Origin: Cyanobacteriota bacterium
Lineage (GTDB): Bacteria > Cyanobacteriota > Cyanobacteriia > Cyanobacteriales > Nostocaceae
DNA length: 64,000 nt
Direction of reading: 5' to 3'
Assembly (NCBI GenBank): GCA_046045965.1
Contig: JBJOKS010000002.1
Location: forward strand, 64,001 to 128,000
Part shown: one piece after another, positions 50,650-62,134 of the stretch
Layout of the letters: every line of letters starts with the position of its first letter
Numbering within the stretch: the first letter of the stretch is position 1
Position numbers and translations under genes: made by a program
Notes under the pieces: generated by a model
Seen by the model: the letters and a program-made list of their open reading frames with translations, nothing else
Databases searched by the model: none
Told to the model about the DNA's origin: nothing

Positions 50650-53600
50650 GTATTCAAGAAAATAAGACCGCAAAAATGGCAATTGTCGGCATGGATGCCT
50701 TTTTTGGTGAATGTGATGGATTAGATGCTTTTGAGAGCAGTATTTATGACGGAAAACAGCATTTTATTCCCTTACCTGAAAAAAGATGGCATGGAATTAA
50801 TGAACAAGAAAAATTACTGCAAGAGTACGGTTTAGAAGCAGGAAGATCACCAAATGGCGCGTACATTAAAGATTTTGAAGTTGACACTTTGGCTTACAAA
50901 ATTCCACCTAATGAAGTTGAAAAACTCAATCCACAGCAGACCTTATTATTAAAAGTGTGCGATCGCGCCCTCAAAGATGGCAACATAAAACCTAACAGCA
51001 ATGTAGCCGTAATTATTGCCGCAGATACAGAATTATCTGTACACCAGCTACAACAACGGTGGAATTCATCTTGGCAACTAAAAGACGGTTTAAATAGGGC
51101 AGAAATTGCCTTGTCAACCGAAAAAATTACCCAATTAGAAAACATAATTAAAGATAGTATTCACCATCAAGTTGATATTGGCGAATATCTCAGTTATGTC
51201 GGCAATATTATGGCTAGTCGAGTTTCTTCTCTATGGAATTTCTCTGGTCCATCCTTGACTATTAGCGCCGTAGAAACTGCTACTTTTAAAGCTTTAGAAT
51301 TAGCAGAAATGCTATTAGCTACCAGGGAGGTGGAAGCAGTTGTTGTAGGTGCTGTTGACTTAGCTGGTGGAGTAGAAAACGTCTTACTCAGAAGTCAATT
51401 TGGTAAGCTAAATACAGGCATAAATACCCTCAGTTTTGATCAAAATGCAGACGGTTGGAATGTGGGAGAAGGTGCAGGTGCGGTAGTATTGCAACGACAT
51501 GATATAGCATTGCAAAATAATCAACGCATATATGCAATAATTGATGGTTTAAGTATTGGTCAATCTCCCTCAATGGCGATAAATGCAGATACGATCAACC
51601 AAGTCTGCAAACAGGCATTTAAACAAGCCGGAATTCAACCCCAAGAAGTCAACTATTTAGAAGTCTGCGGTAGTGGTATTCTCCAAGAAGACGAAGCGGA
51701 AATTAACGGTATCCTCCAAGCTTATCCTCCCATTGGTGATGGTTTGCATTGTGCCATTGGTAGCGTCAAAGCCAATATTGGTCATACTTTTGTCGCTTCC
51801 GGAATAGCCAGTTTAATTAAAACTGCCCTGAGTCTTTACTATAAATATCTACCTGCAACCCCCAACTGGTCTGGTGTCAAAACACCGCAAGTATGGGAAG
51901 GAAGTCCCTTTTATGTCGCTACCGAGTCCAGACCTTGGTTTTTGCAAAAAGAGGTCAAATGCAGAATTTCAGCTATTAATAGTATTGGTTGTGATGGTTC
52001 ATTTGCTCACGTTATCTTATCAGAAGAAACCCAACAAGAAGAACGCGGCAGTAGATATTTAGAGTCAAGACCATTTAATCTTTTTCCCATCGCTGCTGAT
52101 GACCAGTCTAGCTTATTTTCTGCATTAGATCAATTGCAACAAACAATTGAAAATGCTGAATGTTTGAAAACTACTGCAAGTCAAACATTTATTAAATTTC
52201 AGCAAACGCCTGATGCAAAATATACTCTATCTATCACCGGACGCAACCAAAAAGAATTACTTAAAGAAATAAATTCCGCTAAAAAAGGTGTCACTAATGC
52301 CTTTGAAAATGGCAAAGATTGGTTAACTCCTATTGGTAGTTATTTTACACCTAAGCCATTAGGAAAAAATGGCGAAATAGCCTTTGTTTATCCTGCCGCT
52401 GTTAACACCTATGTAGGTATTGGTCGGACTTTATTCCGGCTATTTCCTAAAGCCTTCGATGATGTAATTATGAAAAGTCTTTACAAGCGGGCAGCCGATG
52501 TAGAGAAATTAGTATTTCCTAGAAGCCTGAGTAAATTAACTACCAGGGAACTAGAAACACTAGAAAAGAAATTGTTAGATGATTCGCTGGCTATGTTTGA
52601 AGCAGAAATGCTCTTTACCAGATTCATCACCACAATTATCAGCGATGACTTCCAAATTAAACCCAAATACATCTTTGGTTACAGTTTAGGTGAAACCAGT
52701 ATGATGGTTGCCCAAGGAGTTTGGAGCAACTTCTATCAAGGAAGTAACACCTTTAACTCCTCCGCATTATTTGGTGATAGATTATCTGGACAAAAAAATG
52801 CAGTCAGAGAGTATTGGGGACTACCAAAAAATTCTGAAACTTATGATAATAATTTGTGGAGTAACTACGTTTTAATTGCCACTCCTGCACAAATCCGAGA
52901 AGTTTTAAAAACAGAAAATCGCGTCTACCTAACCCAGATTAACACACCAGAAGAAGTATTAATTGCCGGTGAACCAGCAGCCTGTGAACGAGTGATTAAA
53001 AAACTGGGATGTAATGCTTTTCCTGCACCATTTGATCATGTAATTCACGCTCCAGCAATGCACTCAGAATACCCAGAACTATTCCGACTCAACAACTTAC
53101 CAGCCCAAAAAATTACCGGAGTTACCTGTTATTCTGCTGCTGAATATCAACCTATTTCTCTAGAAAGTGAGGTAATTGCCCACAATATTGCCAAAGGATT
53201 ATGTCAAGAATTAGACTTTCCTCGCTTAGTAAATCGCGTTTATCAAGACGGAGCAAAAGTATTTATTGAAGCAGGTGCCGGTGGAATTTGTTCACGCTGG
53301 ATAGATAAAATTCTTAGCAACCAAGAACACATCACCATATCCTTAAATCGTCGCGGACTAGATGATCATACATCAATAGTCAAAGCCCTAGCAAAACTAC
53401 TCAGTCATAGAGTCAAATTAAATCTTTCTCCACTTTATAACCTATCCTCAGCTACAACTAAACAAAATAAAGCAGCCTTGAGAAAAGTTGCATTAGGTGG
53501 AAATTCCATGACTGCAACAATTTTAAGTACCGAAAACCGTCAGCTTTTCCAGAAAGATACTCCTCAAAAACAACAACAAACAATTCCCAATTACCGAGAG

Positions 53601-53957
53601 TATAAAATCATTAACTCCTTACAGCCATCATTAAAAATTGCCCCCAGTGAAATTTACCCCCAACCAGAAAAAACGACCATGAAAACTATCATGGATAACC
53701 GTTTAAAACCGCAAGAAGAATTAAACTCTTCAGAGTCAACTATCACCGAAAACCAAAAACCTCAAAACATTACTAGCAAAATCAATATGAATGATTTAAA
53801 AATATCTCAGTACCAAAAACTGACTAGCAACAACTCAAAATTAACAAAAGCCCATACCAGCTTTCTCGAAGCTAGACAAGATTTTAGTCAACAAATGAGC
53901 CAAATAATTCAACTCCAACTAGCTTGCGCTCAAAACTTACTCAACCCAGAAAAATAA
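50646..53957 (+). CDS. hglC: Chain-length factor + acyltransferase
   Basis: KS-like domain lacking the catalytic Cys (SAVETA), AT motif GYSLG; overlaps the hglD stop. Confidence 0.88.
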   Translation: MSIQENKTAKMAIVGMDAFFGECDGLDAFESSIYDGKQHFIPLPEKRWHGINEQEKLLQEYGLEAGRSPNGAYIKDFEVDTLAYKIPPNEVEKLNPQQTLLLKVCDRALKDGNIKPNSNVAVIIAADTELSVHQLQQRWNSSWQLKDGLNRAEIALSTEKITQLENIIKDSIHHQVDIGEYLSYVGNIMASRVSSLWNFSGPSLTISAVETATFKALELAEMLLATREVEAVVVGAVDLAGGVENVLLRSQFGKLNTGINTLSFDQNADGWNVGEGAGAVVLQRHDIALQNNQRIYAIIDGLSIGQSPSMAINADTINQVCKQAFKQAGIQPQEVNYLEVCGSGILQEDEAEINGILQAYPPIGDGLHCAIGSVKANIGHTFVASGIASLIKTALSLYYKYLPATPNWSGVKTPQVWEGSPFYVATESRPWFLQKEVKCRISAINSIGCDGSFAHVILSEETQQEERGSRYLESRPFNLFPIAADDQSSLFSALDQLQQTIENAECLKTTASQTFIKFQQTPDAKYTLSITGRNQKELLKEINSAKKGVTNAFENGKDWLTPIGSYFTPKPLGKNGEIAFVYPAAVNTYVGIGRTLFRLFPKAFDDVIMKSLYKRAADVEKLVFPRSLSKLTTRELETLEKKLLDDSLAMFEAEMLFTRFITTIISDDFQIKPKYIFGYSLGETSMMVAQGVWSNFYQGSNTFNSSALFGDRLSGQKNAVREYWGLPKNSETYDNNLWSNYVLIATPAQIREVLKTENRVYLTQINTPEEVLIAGEPAACERVIKKLGCNAFPAPFDHVIHAPAMHSEYPELFRLNNLPAQKITGVTCYSAAEYQPISLESEVIAHNIAKGLCQELDFPRLVNRVYQDGAKVFIEAGAGGICSRWIDKILSNQEHITISLNRRGLDDHTSIVKALAKLLSHRVKLNLSPLYNLSSATTKQNKAALRKVALGGNSMTATILSTENRQLFQKDTPQKQQQTIPNYREYKIINSLQPSLKIAPSEIYPQPEKTTMKTIMDNRLKPQEELNSSESTITENQKPQNITSKINMNDLKISQYQKLTSNNSKLTKAHTSFLEARQDFSQQMSQIIQLQLACAQNLLNPEK

Positions 53958-53963
53958 TCTCCT

Positions 53964-54038
53964 GTAGGTTGGGTTAAGCGAAGCGCAAACCAAAAAATTT
54001 ACCAAAATGTTGGGCTTCCTTACATTAACCCAACCTAC
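53964..54038. repeat. REP-like inverted-repeat element (copy 2)
   Basis: GTAGGTTGGGTTAA...TTAACCCAACCTAC. Confidence 0.85.
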
Positions 54039-54073
54039 TAATTCATTACTTATAAACTGAGGAAAAAACTACC

Positions 54074-55744
54074 GTGACAACATTCAATACGGTACTAAAT
54101 AAACACAATAACGGACTAACCTTTTCCAGTTTCTCCAATCATCAAAACCAAACTTGGAGAGGTTCAATAGACTGTATCGCCTTTGAGCAAAACGCCATCA
54201 AAGATAAATTACTCACCCTCGAAAAACCCTGTCATATAGTCAAAATAGCAGGTAACATAGGCGTAACTAACGACGGTTATTTAACACCTGCTCATAACGG
54301 TGCTTCCGAACAAGCCGAACTATTAATATCATTACCACCTTTGGGATTGCAACAATTTGGCGACTCCAAATTTCTCACTGATTATAGTGTAAAATACGCC
54401 TATATGACAGGTGCAATGGCTGGTGGTATTGCTTCCGAAGAAATGGTAATTGCACTAGGAAAACAAAAACTTTTAGGTTCTTTTGGTGCAGGTGGTTTAC
54501 CTCCAGAACGCATAGAAACAGCCATTCAACGTATACAAGAAGCCTTACCTAATGGACCCTATGCTTTTAATTTAATTCACAGTCCTAACGAACCAGCAAT
54601 AGAACGCCGCGCCGTAGAATTATACTTAAAATATGGTGTCACAACAGTAGAAGCATCGGCATTTTTAGACTTAACTTCCAACATCGTTTATTATCGAGTC
54701 GCAGGACTAAGTTTAAATGCAAATCATCAAATTGAAATCAAAAATAAAGTCATTGCTAAAATTTCTCGTCGAGAAGTAGCGACTAAATTTTTGCAACCAC
54801 CACCAGCAAGAATTATCAAAGAATTACTTGAACAAGGGCTAATTACTGAACTGCAAGCAAGTTTAGCCAGCAAAGTGCCAATGGCTGATGATATTACCGT
54901 AGAAGCTGATTCTGGCGGCCATACAGATAATCGTCCCCTGGTATGTTTGCTCCCTTCAATTATTAGTTTACGGGACGAAATTCAAGCACAATATCAATAT
55001 GAAAAACCCATTAGAGTGGGAGTAGCAGGAGGAATTGGTACACCAGAATCTGCCTTAGCTGCTTTTATGATGGGTGCTGCTTATATAGTCACCGGTTCTA
55101 TTAATCAATCCTGTATTGAATCTGGAGCTTGTGATTACACCAAAAAATTATTAGCTCAAGCAGAAATGGCTGATATGATGATGGCTCCCGCTGCTGATAT
55201 GTTTGAAATGGGAGTCAAATTACAAGTCCTTAAACGCGGAACAATGTTTCCCATGCGGGCGCAAAAACTATATGAATTATACCGCAGCTATGACTCAATT
55301 GAAGATATTCCTTTAGCCGAAAGAGAGAAGTTAGAAAAACAAATCTTCCGTAAAACTATCGCTGAAGTTTGGGAAGGAACAGCCGCTTATTTATCACAGA
55401 AAAATCCTGAAAAATTAGGTAAAGCGGTTAATAATCCTAAATTAAAAATGGCTTTAATTTTCCGTTGGTATTTAGGTTTATCTTCCCGTTGGTCTAGTGC
55501 TGGTGAAAAAGGTCGAGAAGTCGATTATCAAATTTGGTGCGGTCCAGCAATGGGTGGTTTCAATGACTGGGTGCGTGGTTCTTATTTAGCAGAACCTCAA
55601 AACCGTCACGTTGTTGATGTTGCTAATCATATTATGTTAGGAACTGCCTTTTTATATCGCATTCAAAACCTAAAATTCCAAGGTTTGCAACTTCCCAGTT
55701 TTTACAGTCAATATCAACCAGTTCGTTCTACATTGGAGATGTAA
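54074..55744 (+). CDS. hglA: PfaD-family enoyl reductase
   Basis: [31 protein letters not shown]. Confidence 0.92.
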   Translation: MTTFNTVLNKHNNGLTFSSFSNHQNQTWRGSIDCIAFEQNAIKDKLLTLEKPCHIVKIAGNIGVTNDGYLTPAHNGASEQAELLISLPPLGLQQFGDSKFLTDYSVKYAYMTGAMAGGIASEEMVIALGKQKLLGSFGAGGLPPERIETAIQRIQEALPNGPYAFNLIHSPNEPAIERRAVELYLKYGVTTVEASAFLDLTSNIVYYRVAGLSLNANHQIEIKNKVIAKISRREVATKFLQPPPARIIKELLEQGLITELQASLASKVPMADDITVEADSGGHTDNRPLVCLLPSIISLRDEIQAQYQYEKPIRVGVAGGIGTPESALAAFMMGAAYIVTGSINQSCIESGACDYTKKLLAQAEMADMMMAPAADMFEMGVKLQVLKRGTMFPMRAQKLYELYRSYDSIEDIPLAEREKLEKQIFRKTIAEVWEGTAAYLSQKNPEKLGKAVNNPKLKMALIFRWYLGLSSRWSSAGEKGREVDYQIWCGPAMGGFNDWVRGSYLAEPQNRHVVDVANHIMLGTAFLYRIQNLKFQGLQLPSFYSQYQPVRSTLEM

Positions 55745-55746
55745 AA

Positions 55747-57264
55747 ATGAATTTAAAACCTGCTTATACTGCTGAAAATATTCAATCTTTCATGGTAGCT
55801 AATTTAGCGGAAGTGCTAGGAACAACTCCAGCAGAAATTGACGTTCAAGAACATTTAGAAAATTATGGTTTGGATTCAGCCCAAGCTATGATTATTATCA
55901 GTAAGTTGGAGAATTTACTAGGTTTTAAACCTTCTCCTGTTTTACTTTGGCATTATCCCACTATTGCTGCACTTTCTCAACGTTTATCTGAAGAATTACC
56001 AGGTGAAGCACAGTTAAAAGATGCGGTAAATGGAACAGTTTCAACTGTTAATATTGCTCCCCCTTTCCTAGATTTAGGTGCTGAAGCTGTACTTGACCCA
56101 ACTATTCAACCAGTGGGTAATACTGCTATTTCTGTTACCAATCCCAAAAACATCTTTTTAACTGGAGGAACAGGTTATTTAGGTGCTTTTGTAATCAAGG
56201 AACTCCTAGCAGAAACTCAAGCAACTCTCTATTGTTTGGTGCGTGCTGCTGATGTTGTAGAAGGGAAGAATAAATTAGAAAAAAATCTTCAACAGTATGC
56301 AATTTGGGATGATAAATATACTTCTCGAATTATTCCTATTGTTGGTGATTTAGCCCAGCCACTTTTAGGTATTGGTGCAGAACAGTTTGAAAATCTAGCT
56401 GCTAATATTGACACCATTTATCATAGTGGTGCTTTGCTGAATTATGTCTATCCCTATTCAGCATTAAAAACAGCTAATGTTTTAGGAACTCAAGAGGTTT
56501 TAAGGTTAGCTTGTAAAACCAAAATTAAGCCTGTACATTATGTTTCTAGCGTCGCTGTTTTTGAATCTACTGCTTATGCAGGTCAAGTAGTTAAAGAACA
56601 GGATGATTTTCATGATTGGCAAGGTATTTTCTTAGGTTATTCTCAAACAAAATGGGTAGCAGAAAAGTTAGTTAAAATTGCCAGTGACCGGGGACTTCCT
56701 GTTACAATATATAGACCACCTTTAATTGCTGGAGATAGCAAAACAGGGATTTGTAACACCCATGATTTTATCAATTTGATGATTAAAGGCTGTCTACAAA
56801 TGGGGTCTTTCCCTGATGTAGATTATATGTTGGATATGTCTCCAGTAGATTATGTAAGTAAAGCCGTAGTTTATTTATCCAGACAGGAAACATCAATTGG
56901 TAAAGCTTTTCATTTACAACATCCTCAACCAGCTTCTTTAAAATCTTTAGTGGAATGGATACGCACTTTTGGTTTTAAATTAGAAATGATTCCCTACGAA
57001 CAATGGCAAGCTGATTTAATCAATAATGTCACTGACCAAGAGAATCCATTATACACCCTCAGACCATTTTTATTAGAGCGTTGGTCTGATGAACAAATCA
57101 CCATTCCTGATTTGTATTTGCAAGCTAGAAGGCCAATCATTAGCTGCGAAGAAACCCTAGAAGCTTTGAAAGGAAGTTCCATTGTTTGTCCTCCTATTGA
57201 TTCCCAATTGTTGATAACTTACACTTCCTATTTGATGCAAACAGGTTTCCTCAGTCTCGTATAA
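55747..57264 (+). CDS. hglB: ACP + thioester reductase (HetM)
   Basis: YGLDSA ACP motif; [20 protein letters not shown]. Confidence 0.92.
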   Translation: MNLKPAYTAENIQSFMVANLAEVLGTTPAEIDVQEHLENYGLDSAQAMIIISKLENLLGFKPSPVLLWHYPTIAALSQRLSEELPGEAQLKDAVNGTVSTVNIAPPFLDLGAEAVLDPTIQPVGNTAISVTNPKNIFLTGGTGYLGAFVIKELLAETQATLYCLVRAADVVEGKNKLEKNLQQYAIWDDKYTSRIIPIVGDLAQPLLGIGAEQFENLAANIDTIYHSGALLNYVYPYSALKTANVLGTQEVLRLACKTKIKPVHYVSSVAVFESTAYAGQVVKEQDDFHDWQGIFLGYSQTKWVAEKLVKIASDRGLPVTIYRPPLIAGDSKTGICNTHDFINLMIKGCLQMGSFPDVDYMLDMSPVDYVSKAVVYLSRQETSIGKAFHLQHPQPASLKSLVEWIRTFGFKLEMIPYEQWQADLINNVTDQENPLYTLRPFLLERWSDEQITIPDLYLQARRPIISCEETLEALKGSSIVCPPIDSQLLITYTSYLMQTGFLSLV

Positions 57265-57379
57265 TTATAGTCTTGTATAGTCTTGAAAAAGTAGGGTAGG
57301 TATTGCCTACCTTACAGAATTATCATGTTAGCACCATTAAATTGCTAATAATTTTAGGTGAATATCACCATTTTTTAAT

Positions 57380-58183
57380 ATGAACATCAAAGGTCAATTA
57401 CAGTGTCAAGAAACTGTTCTTATTACTGGAGCAGCTAGTGGAATTGGCTACCAATTAGCCTGTATATTTGCCTCTGAGAATTATCATCTTGTCCTAGTAG
57501 ATAGAAACGAAATCAAACTTCTAGAAATCGCTGTCTATTTCCAAGAAAAATTTAATATTCTTGTTAAAACCATTGTCAAAGATTTATCCATAGCATCGTC
57601 TCCTGAAGAAATTTTCACGGAGTTGCAACAAACCGACATTAAAGTTAATATTCTTGTGAATAATGCCGGATTTGGTACTTATGGTTTATTCAATGAAACC
57701 AGTTTAAAAAATGAGCTAGAAATGTTGCAGGTTAATTTAGTTTGTTTGACTCATTTAACCAAGCTATTTCTCAAGGATATGGTGAAGCAAGGTCAGGGAA
57801 AAATCTTAAATGTTTCTTCGGCTGCTGCTTTTCAACCTGGTCCTTTAATGGCGGTTTATTTTGCCACTAAAGCTTATGTTTTATCTTTTTCTGAAGCTAT
57901 TGCTAATGAGTTAGAAGGTACAGGTGTAACAGTAACAGTTCTGTGTCCAGGTTCTACTGTATCTGCATTTCATGAACGCACAGGAATGGCAGATTCTAAG
58001 CTGGTTAAGGGGCAAAAAATGATGGATGCTGAAACTGTAGCTCTGATTGGGTATGATGCCTTAATGCGAGGTAAAACAATTGTTATTCCCGGACTTTTAA
58101 ATAAAATTTTGGCCAAAAGTGTCAGATTTTTTCCTAGAAAGCTGGTAACAAAAATTGTCAGGAGTATGCAGGAAGATAAATAA
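57380..58183 (+). CDS. Short-chain dehydrogenase at the hetN position, lacking RGSGR
   Basis: TGAASGIG, NNAG, YFATK; KQGQGK where HetN has ERGSGR. Confidence 0.85.
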   Translation: MNIKGQLQCQETVLITGAASGIGYQLACIFASENYHLVLVDRNEIKLLEIAVYFQEKFNILVKTIVKDLSIASSPEEIFTELQQTDIKVNILVNNAGFGTYGLFNETSLKNELEMLQVNLVCLTHLTKLFLKDMVKQGQGKILNVSSAAAFQPGPLMAVYFATKAYVLSFSEAIANELEGTGVTVTVLCPGSTVSAFHERTGMADSKLVKGQKMMDAETVALIGYDALMRGKTIVIPGLLNKILAKSVRFFPRKLVTKIVRSMQEDK

Positions 58184-58197
58184 TAATTTAGGAGTTT

Positions 58198-58226
58198 GTA
58201 GGGGTTTAGCAATGCTAAACCCTGAC
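58198..58226. terminator. Hairpin downstream of the hgl operon (REP-like or terminator)
   Basis: GGGTTTAGCA-A-TGCTAAACCC perfect stem between convergent genes. Confidence 0.6.
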
Positions 58227-58369
58227 TTACAGGATTTTTACTGCCAAATTCTTTCAGTCCGTTTTAACGGACTTTGGCTATGAGAATGAGAATTTATTTC
58301 CAGACGGGAGAGGTGTTGCTTGAGAAAGGAGAAATTTATAAATTAAACTGAGGTTGATACACCAACAGA

Positions 58370-59392
58370 CTACTTAATTGGGTTTCGTTTGAAACCAGCA
58401 TATCCACCAGTAGTAAACCAATATTCCCAACTTCCACCAGAAGCATTTGACCAATTATTGAGGTCGAATTTTCCACTTCCTTCTGGTGTTCCGGCAATTT
58501 TATAAACTTTAACTGCCTTGCCGTTATTATTCCAAATTACGGGTAAATGCCGTTTAACTTGTTCTGGTTCTGCACCGTTAATTTGCAAGAAATAGGCATC
58601 TTGTCCTTTATCAGCACCATTACCAAATACTTTAGCAATTCCTTTTTCATCAATGGCAACAAAAGCACCTTCTTCTAAACCAATGGCAAAAGCTGAAAGT
58701 CGATTGCTATCATGGACAACTCTAGCTAATAATCCAAAAAGTCTTCCGTATCTTGTTTCAGGATGGTTTTTATCAATCCTATCTAAATGCGTATCAGTAA
58801 TAACATTTTTTAGAAATGGAACTTTAATAAAATCACTGCGATAAATATCCTTTGTATTGTGGTGAAAGGGATCATTTAAAATTTCTGAACTCAGCACACC
58901 CTGATGGGAAGGTACATAATAGTAATCTCCCAAAATTGCCATACCGGCACTAGTTCCAGCAATAGGAATCTTTTTTTCATTAATCAAAAAATTAATTGCG
59001 TCTTCTACTGCTGTTCCTTCCCAATAATCTTCATAGGCATTTTGATCACCACCAGCTATAAATAGAGCGTCGGCCTGGCGGATATATTCAATAACTTCTG
59101 GATCATCCGCTGCTTCTCGACTGTCAATAGAAAGTTCAGCTGCTGAACTGATAAAATCTCTATAATTATCACAAATCCAATCAGCGTGTTTGCCTACTCC
59201 ACCAGAACGAAGCACTAAAAAATTGCCCCGATTTGCTCTTTTAAGAAACCATTGCGTAGCTGCATCTTCTCCAGATTTTTTGCCTTCTGCACCACCAATT
59301 AACAGAATTCCAGGAACTGGTTTAGCTGATGTCTTATTGACTTTTCCGCATTCTCTAATATAGTCAAAGTCTCGTCTTACCATAAACATCAC
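58370..59392 (-). CDS. Cyanophycinase-like peptidase (S51 family)
   Basis: FIAGGDQ, GTSAG nucleophile, ITDTH, YGRL. Confidence 0.85.
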   Translation of the reverse strand: MMFMVRRDFDYIRECGKVNKTSAKPVPGILLIGGAEGKKSGEDAATQWFLKRANRGNFLVLRSGGVGKHADWICDNYRDFISSAAELSIDSREAADDPEVIEYIRQADALFIAGGDQNAYEDYWEGTAVEDAINFLINEKKIPIAGTSAGMAILGDYYYVPSHQGVLSSEILNDPFHHNTKDIYRSDFIKVPFLKNVITDTHLDRIDKNHPETRYGRLFGLLARVVHDSNRLSAFAIGLEEGAFVAIDEKGIAKVFGNGADKGQDAYFLQINGAEPEQVKRHLPVIWNNNGKAVKVYKIAGTPEGSGKFDLNNWSNASGGSWEYWFTTGGYAGFKRNPIK

Positions 59393-59599
59393 ATTTGCTA
59401 CTTATTGAGAATGACAAATCTTGAGAACCTTTGATGTTCAAAAAATACATTTTTATAAATTATTAAGAATGGTGTAGAATATCTGCTATTCGTTACCTTT
59501 TGCGTTTATGCAGCATAAAAAAGAAACAATAATCATCCAATCTTGTTTCCTATCACCTATTTCCTATGTTTATTGCAAATGCTCTACAGTTAGGGCAAA

Positions 59600-60868
59600 C
59601 TATTGGTTTTTTTGAATCAAACTGTTTAAAGCAGAAGCTGTTTCCTCTGGTTTTCCAGACCCAGGGAAAACTAAAATACTCTTAATTTCCGGGTTATCTA
59701 CTAATTCTTTGACTCGATGAAACTGTTGCTCAGTAATAGCAACCCCTTCATAATTTTTAGCATAATTTAATTCTTCCTTAAAATTAGCATCATTATAAAC
59801 TTGAATAAAAACTCTATCCACATTCCATTTCTCCCAATCAGCAGCAAAGTATCTTTTAGCCCAATAAGGATTATGATGACAAAGATCAAAACTCACTGAA
59901 GAATTAGCTTGTTTCATCCCCGTGATCATTTGCTGCACAAAAGTAGTTAACTTAGTTGTGCGATCTACTTTTCCTGGTAATTCAGCATGATATCCTAGAT
60001 AATCATCCCATTGCACAGCATCAATTTTTGGATACCTCTGCACAAACTCAACTACAATATTTTTAAAGAAATTAGCAACTTCAGGAATTTCTACATCAAG
60101 CACATAATGATCAATGCCAGAATAGGTTTTATCTACACCAGGAACAATCCATTTTTTAGCAACTGCTAAATCAAAAATTGGGCTTTTTTCGTCTATTTTA
60201 ATTCCTTTCTCAAAATAAGCGTGAACTTCCATCCCCTGTTTATGTGCCTCATCAATCAGCCAATCTAGCCATTGGTCTTGAAACAAGTTTGGACAACTTT
60301 TATAACCTAGAGTTTGCTGCATAACCTTACTATTGTACATCGTACAACCATTACCCCAAACACCATGAAGAATCGTATTAAATCCTTGAGAGCGATAAAA
60401 TCTCACTCTTTCACGAATCACGTTTTCATTGGCATTATTAGTAATGTGGTAGCGACTGAAATAAATTCCTCTAATTACTTTCTTATCCCAAGAATTGGCA
60501 AATGTTGAAGTTTTTGAAAGTACATTTTTTTTAATTGCATCTTGCTGATTATTAGGATTGATTGATAGAGCAGGAGTAGGAATTTTACTAGCAATAGGTA
60601 TAGGATTTAAACTAGTAATAGAGCTAGGAATTGGTAGAGGTGTAGGATTTAAACTAGGCGTAGGTGTTGCTGTAGAAATCGGTATTTGATTTGATTGTTG
60701 CTGGAAAAGGGGACTAACAACTTCTTGACCTTTAGCCCACAAATAACCGACATCTATATTATCTCTTTGGCTAAATAACCAATAACCTCCTCCCAAAATA
60801 ATTACAATTACAGACAATGGAATATTGGCGCATCCACATCCAGTTGGTTCTTGTTTTTTAGGAGGCAT
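59600..60868 (-). CDS. Glycoside hydrolase family 10-like (DUF187) protein with TM anchor and Pro/Thr linker
   Basis: IRGIY, EAHKQGMEVHAYFE, IDAVQWDDY. Confidence 0.8.
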   Translation of the reverse strand: MPPKKQEPTGCGCANIPLSVIVIILGGGYWLFSQRDNIDVGYLWAKGQEVVSPLFQQQSNQIPISTATPTPSLNPTPLPIPSSITSLNPIPIASKIPTPALSINPNNQQDAIKKNVLSKTSTFANSWDKKVIRGIYFSRYHITNNANENVIRERVRFYRSQGFNTILHGVWGNGCTMYNSKVMQQTLGYKSCPNLFQDQWLDWLIDEAHKQGMEVHAYFEKGIKIDEKSPIFDLAVAKKWIVPGVDKTYSGIDHYVLDVEIPEVANFFKNIVVEFVQRYPKIDAVQWDDYLGYHAELPGKVDRTTKLTTFVQQMITGMKQANSSVSFDLCHHNPYWAKRYFAADWEKWNVDRVFIQVYNDANFKEELNYAKNYEGVAITEQQFHRVKELVDNPEIKSILVFPGSGKPEETASALNSLIQKNQ

Positions 60869-61157
60869 AGTAATATAGTTTCCAAGTAATTAAATACTGA
60901 AAAATAAACAGATATATTTCAGATTATCAAGTAAATACCGCTTCAAATCTCCAGATTCCGGTTACGAGTTACAAAATATTTACAATTGACAACACTCATA
61001 GCGGACAAGATCCTCAATTCCTCCGTGTTCTCTGTTCTCTTAATTACTCTCACTAATCACCAGCATCCTGCCTCCTAAAATTTCCACAGTCCTCTATTGC
61101 TGTGATATTATGGAAAACTGCTGCATACATTTAGAAAAAATAGAAATTTCATAGATT

Positions 61158-61427
61158 ATGGCTCTGACGCAACAGCGCAAACAAGAACTCATCTCTGGCT
61201 TCCAAGTACATGAAACCGATACCGGTTCAGCGGATGTCCAAATCGCTATGTTAACTGATCGCATTAACCGCCTCAGTCAGCACCTCCAAGCTAACAAGAA
61301 AGATCACTCCTCCCGCAGAGGACTATTAAAGATGATCGGACAACGCAAGCGTCTTTTAGCTTATGTTCAGCAAAACAACCGGGAAAAGTATCAAGCTTTG
61401 ATTTCTCGCCTCGGTATTCGTGGTTAG
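61158..61427 (+). CDS. rpsO: 30S ribosomal protein S15
   Basis: [29 protein letters not shown]. Confidence 0.98.
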   Translation: MALTQQRKQELISGFQVHETDTGSADVQIAMLTDRINRLSQHLQANKKDHSSRRGLLKMIGQRKRLLAYVQQNNREKYQALISRLGIRG

Positions 61428-61439
61428 GAACTACAGCTT

Positions 61440-61910
61440 ATGTCTGCTGAAGAATCAGATCGCAGTCGCTTACCTTTTGAACCAAACACAAAGCGTCAAA
61501 AAACTACAAAAGCTAAAAGTAAACCCGTAATCAAGGAACAGGAATCAAGTCAAAAGTCGCAAAAGCAGCCACCATTCACTAAAGAAGAAATGGCGATTCC
61601 TGAAGTGGTCAGCCAGCGGATGATCCGCAGAGTCGCTGCATTTTGTGGTATACCTACGGCTTTAGGTATTACTACTCTGGTGGCCAGCTATTTGTTGGTC
61701 AGCTACGCTCATATCCAATTACCTCCTATCGCTGTGTTATTGGTCAACATGGGATTATTTGGTATCGGGGTTTTAGGCATAACTTATGGTGTTCTTTCTG
61801 CCTCTTGGGATGAAGACAGCCCTGGAACTTTAATAGGTTTGGGTGAATTTAAGATCAACTGGGGAAGGATGACTGAAGTTTGGCGTGAAACACGCAAAAA
61901 GAACGTCTGA
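61440..61910 (+). CDS. pam68: PAM68 photosystem II assembly factor
   Basis: IPEVVSQRMIRR, two TMs, YGVLSASWD; conserved position after rpsO. Confidence 0.9.
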   Translation: MSAEESDRSRLPFEPNTKRQKTTKAKSKPVIKEQESSQKSQKQPPFTKEEMAIPEVVSQRMIRRVAAFCGIPTALGITTLVASYLLVSYAHIQLPPIAVLLVNMGLFGIGVLGITYGVLSASWDEDSPGTLIGLGEFKINWGRMTEVWRETRKKNV

Positions 61911-62134
61911 TCAGCGGCGCTCAGGTATCTTTAGATAACTGCAATATTGGGTAAATTAGTGAATAAATTTTGTCTGATTTATACCCAATATTCAGGAAAA
62001 GTACCTCACGCTACATTTTTTCTATATTTTCTAGCTTAATTATTTAGTAATTCCAGTAGGCAAAAGTAAAGTCAACATTCCTGAGTCGGTAAATATTTTA
62101 CGCAAATTTTACTCAAAAATACAGGGATTTTAAA

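Noticed and set aside
41605..57264. PKS cluster as a novel secondary-metabolite or PUFA pathway
   Set aside because: Domain content and order match the known heterocyst glycolipid cluster
58370..59392. Calling this gene cphB
   Set aside because: No adjacent cyanophycin synthetase, and the sequence only supports the broader S51 family
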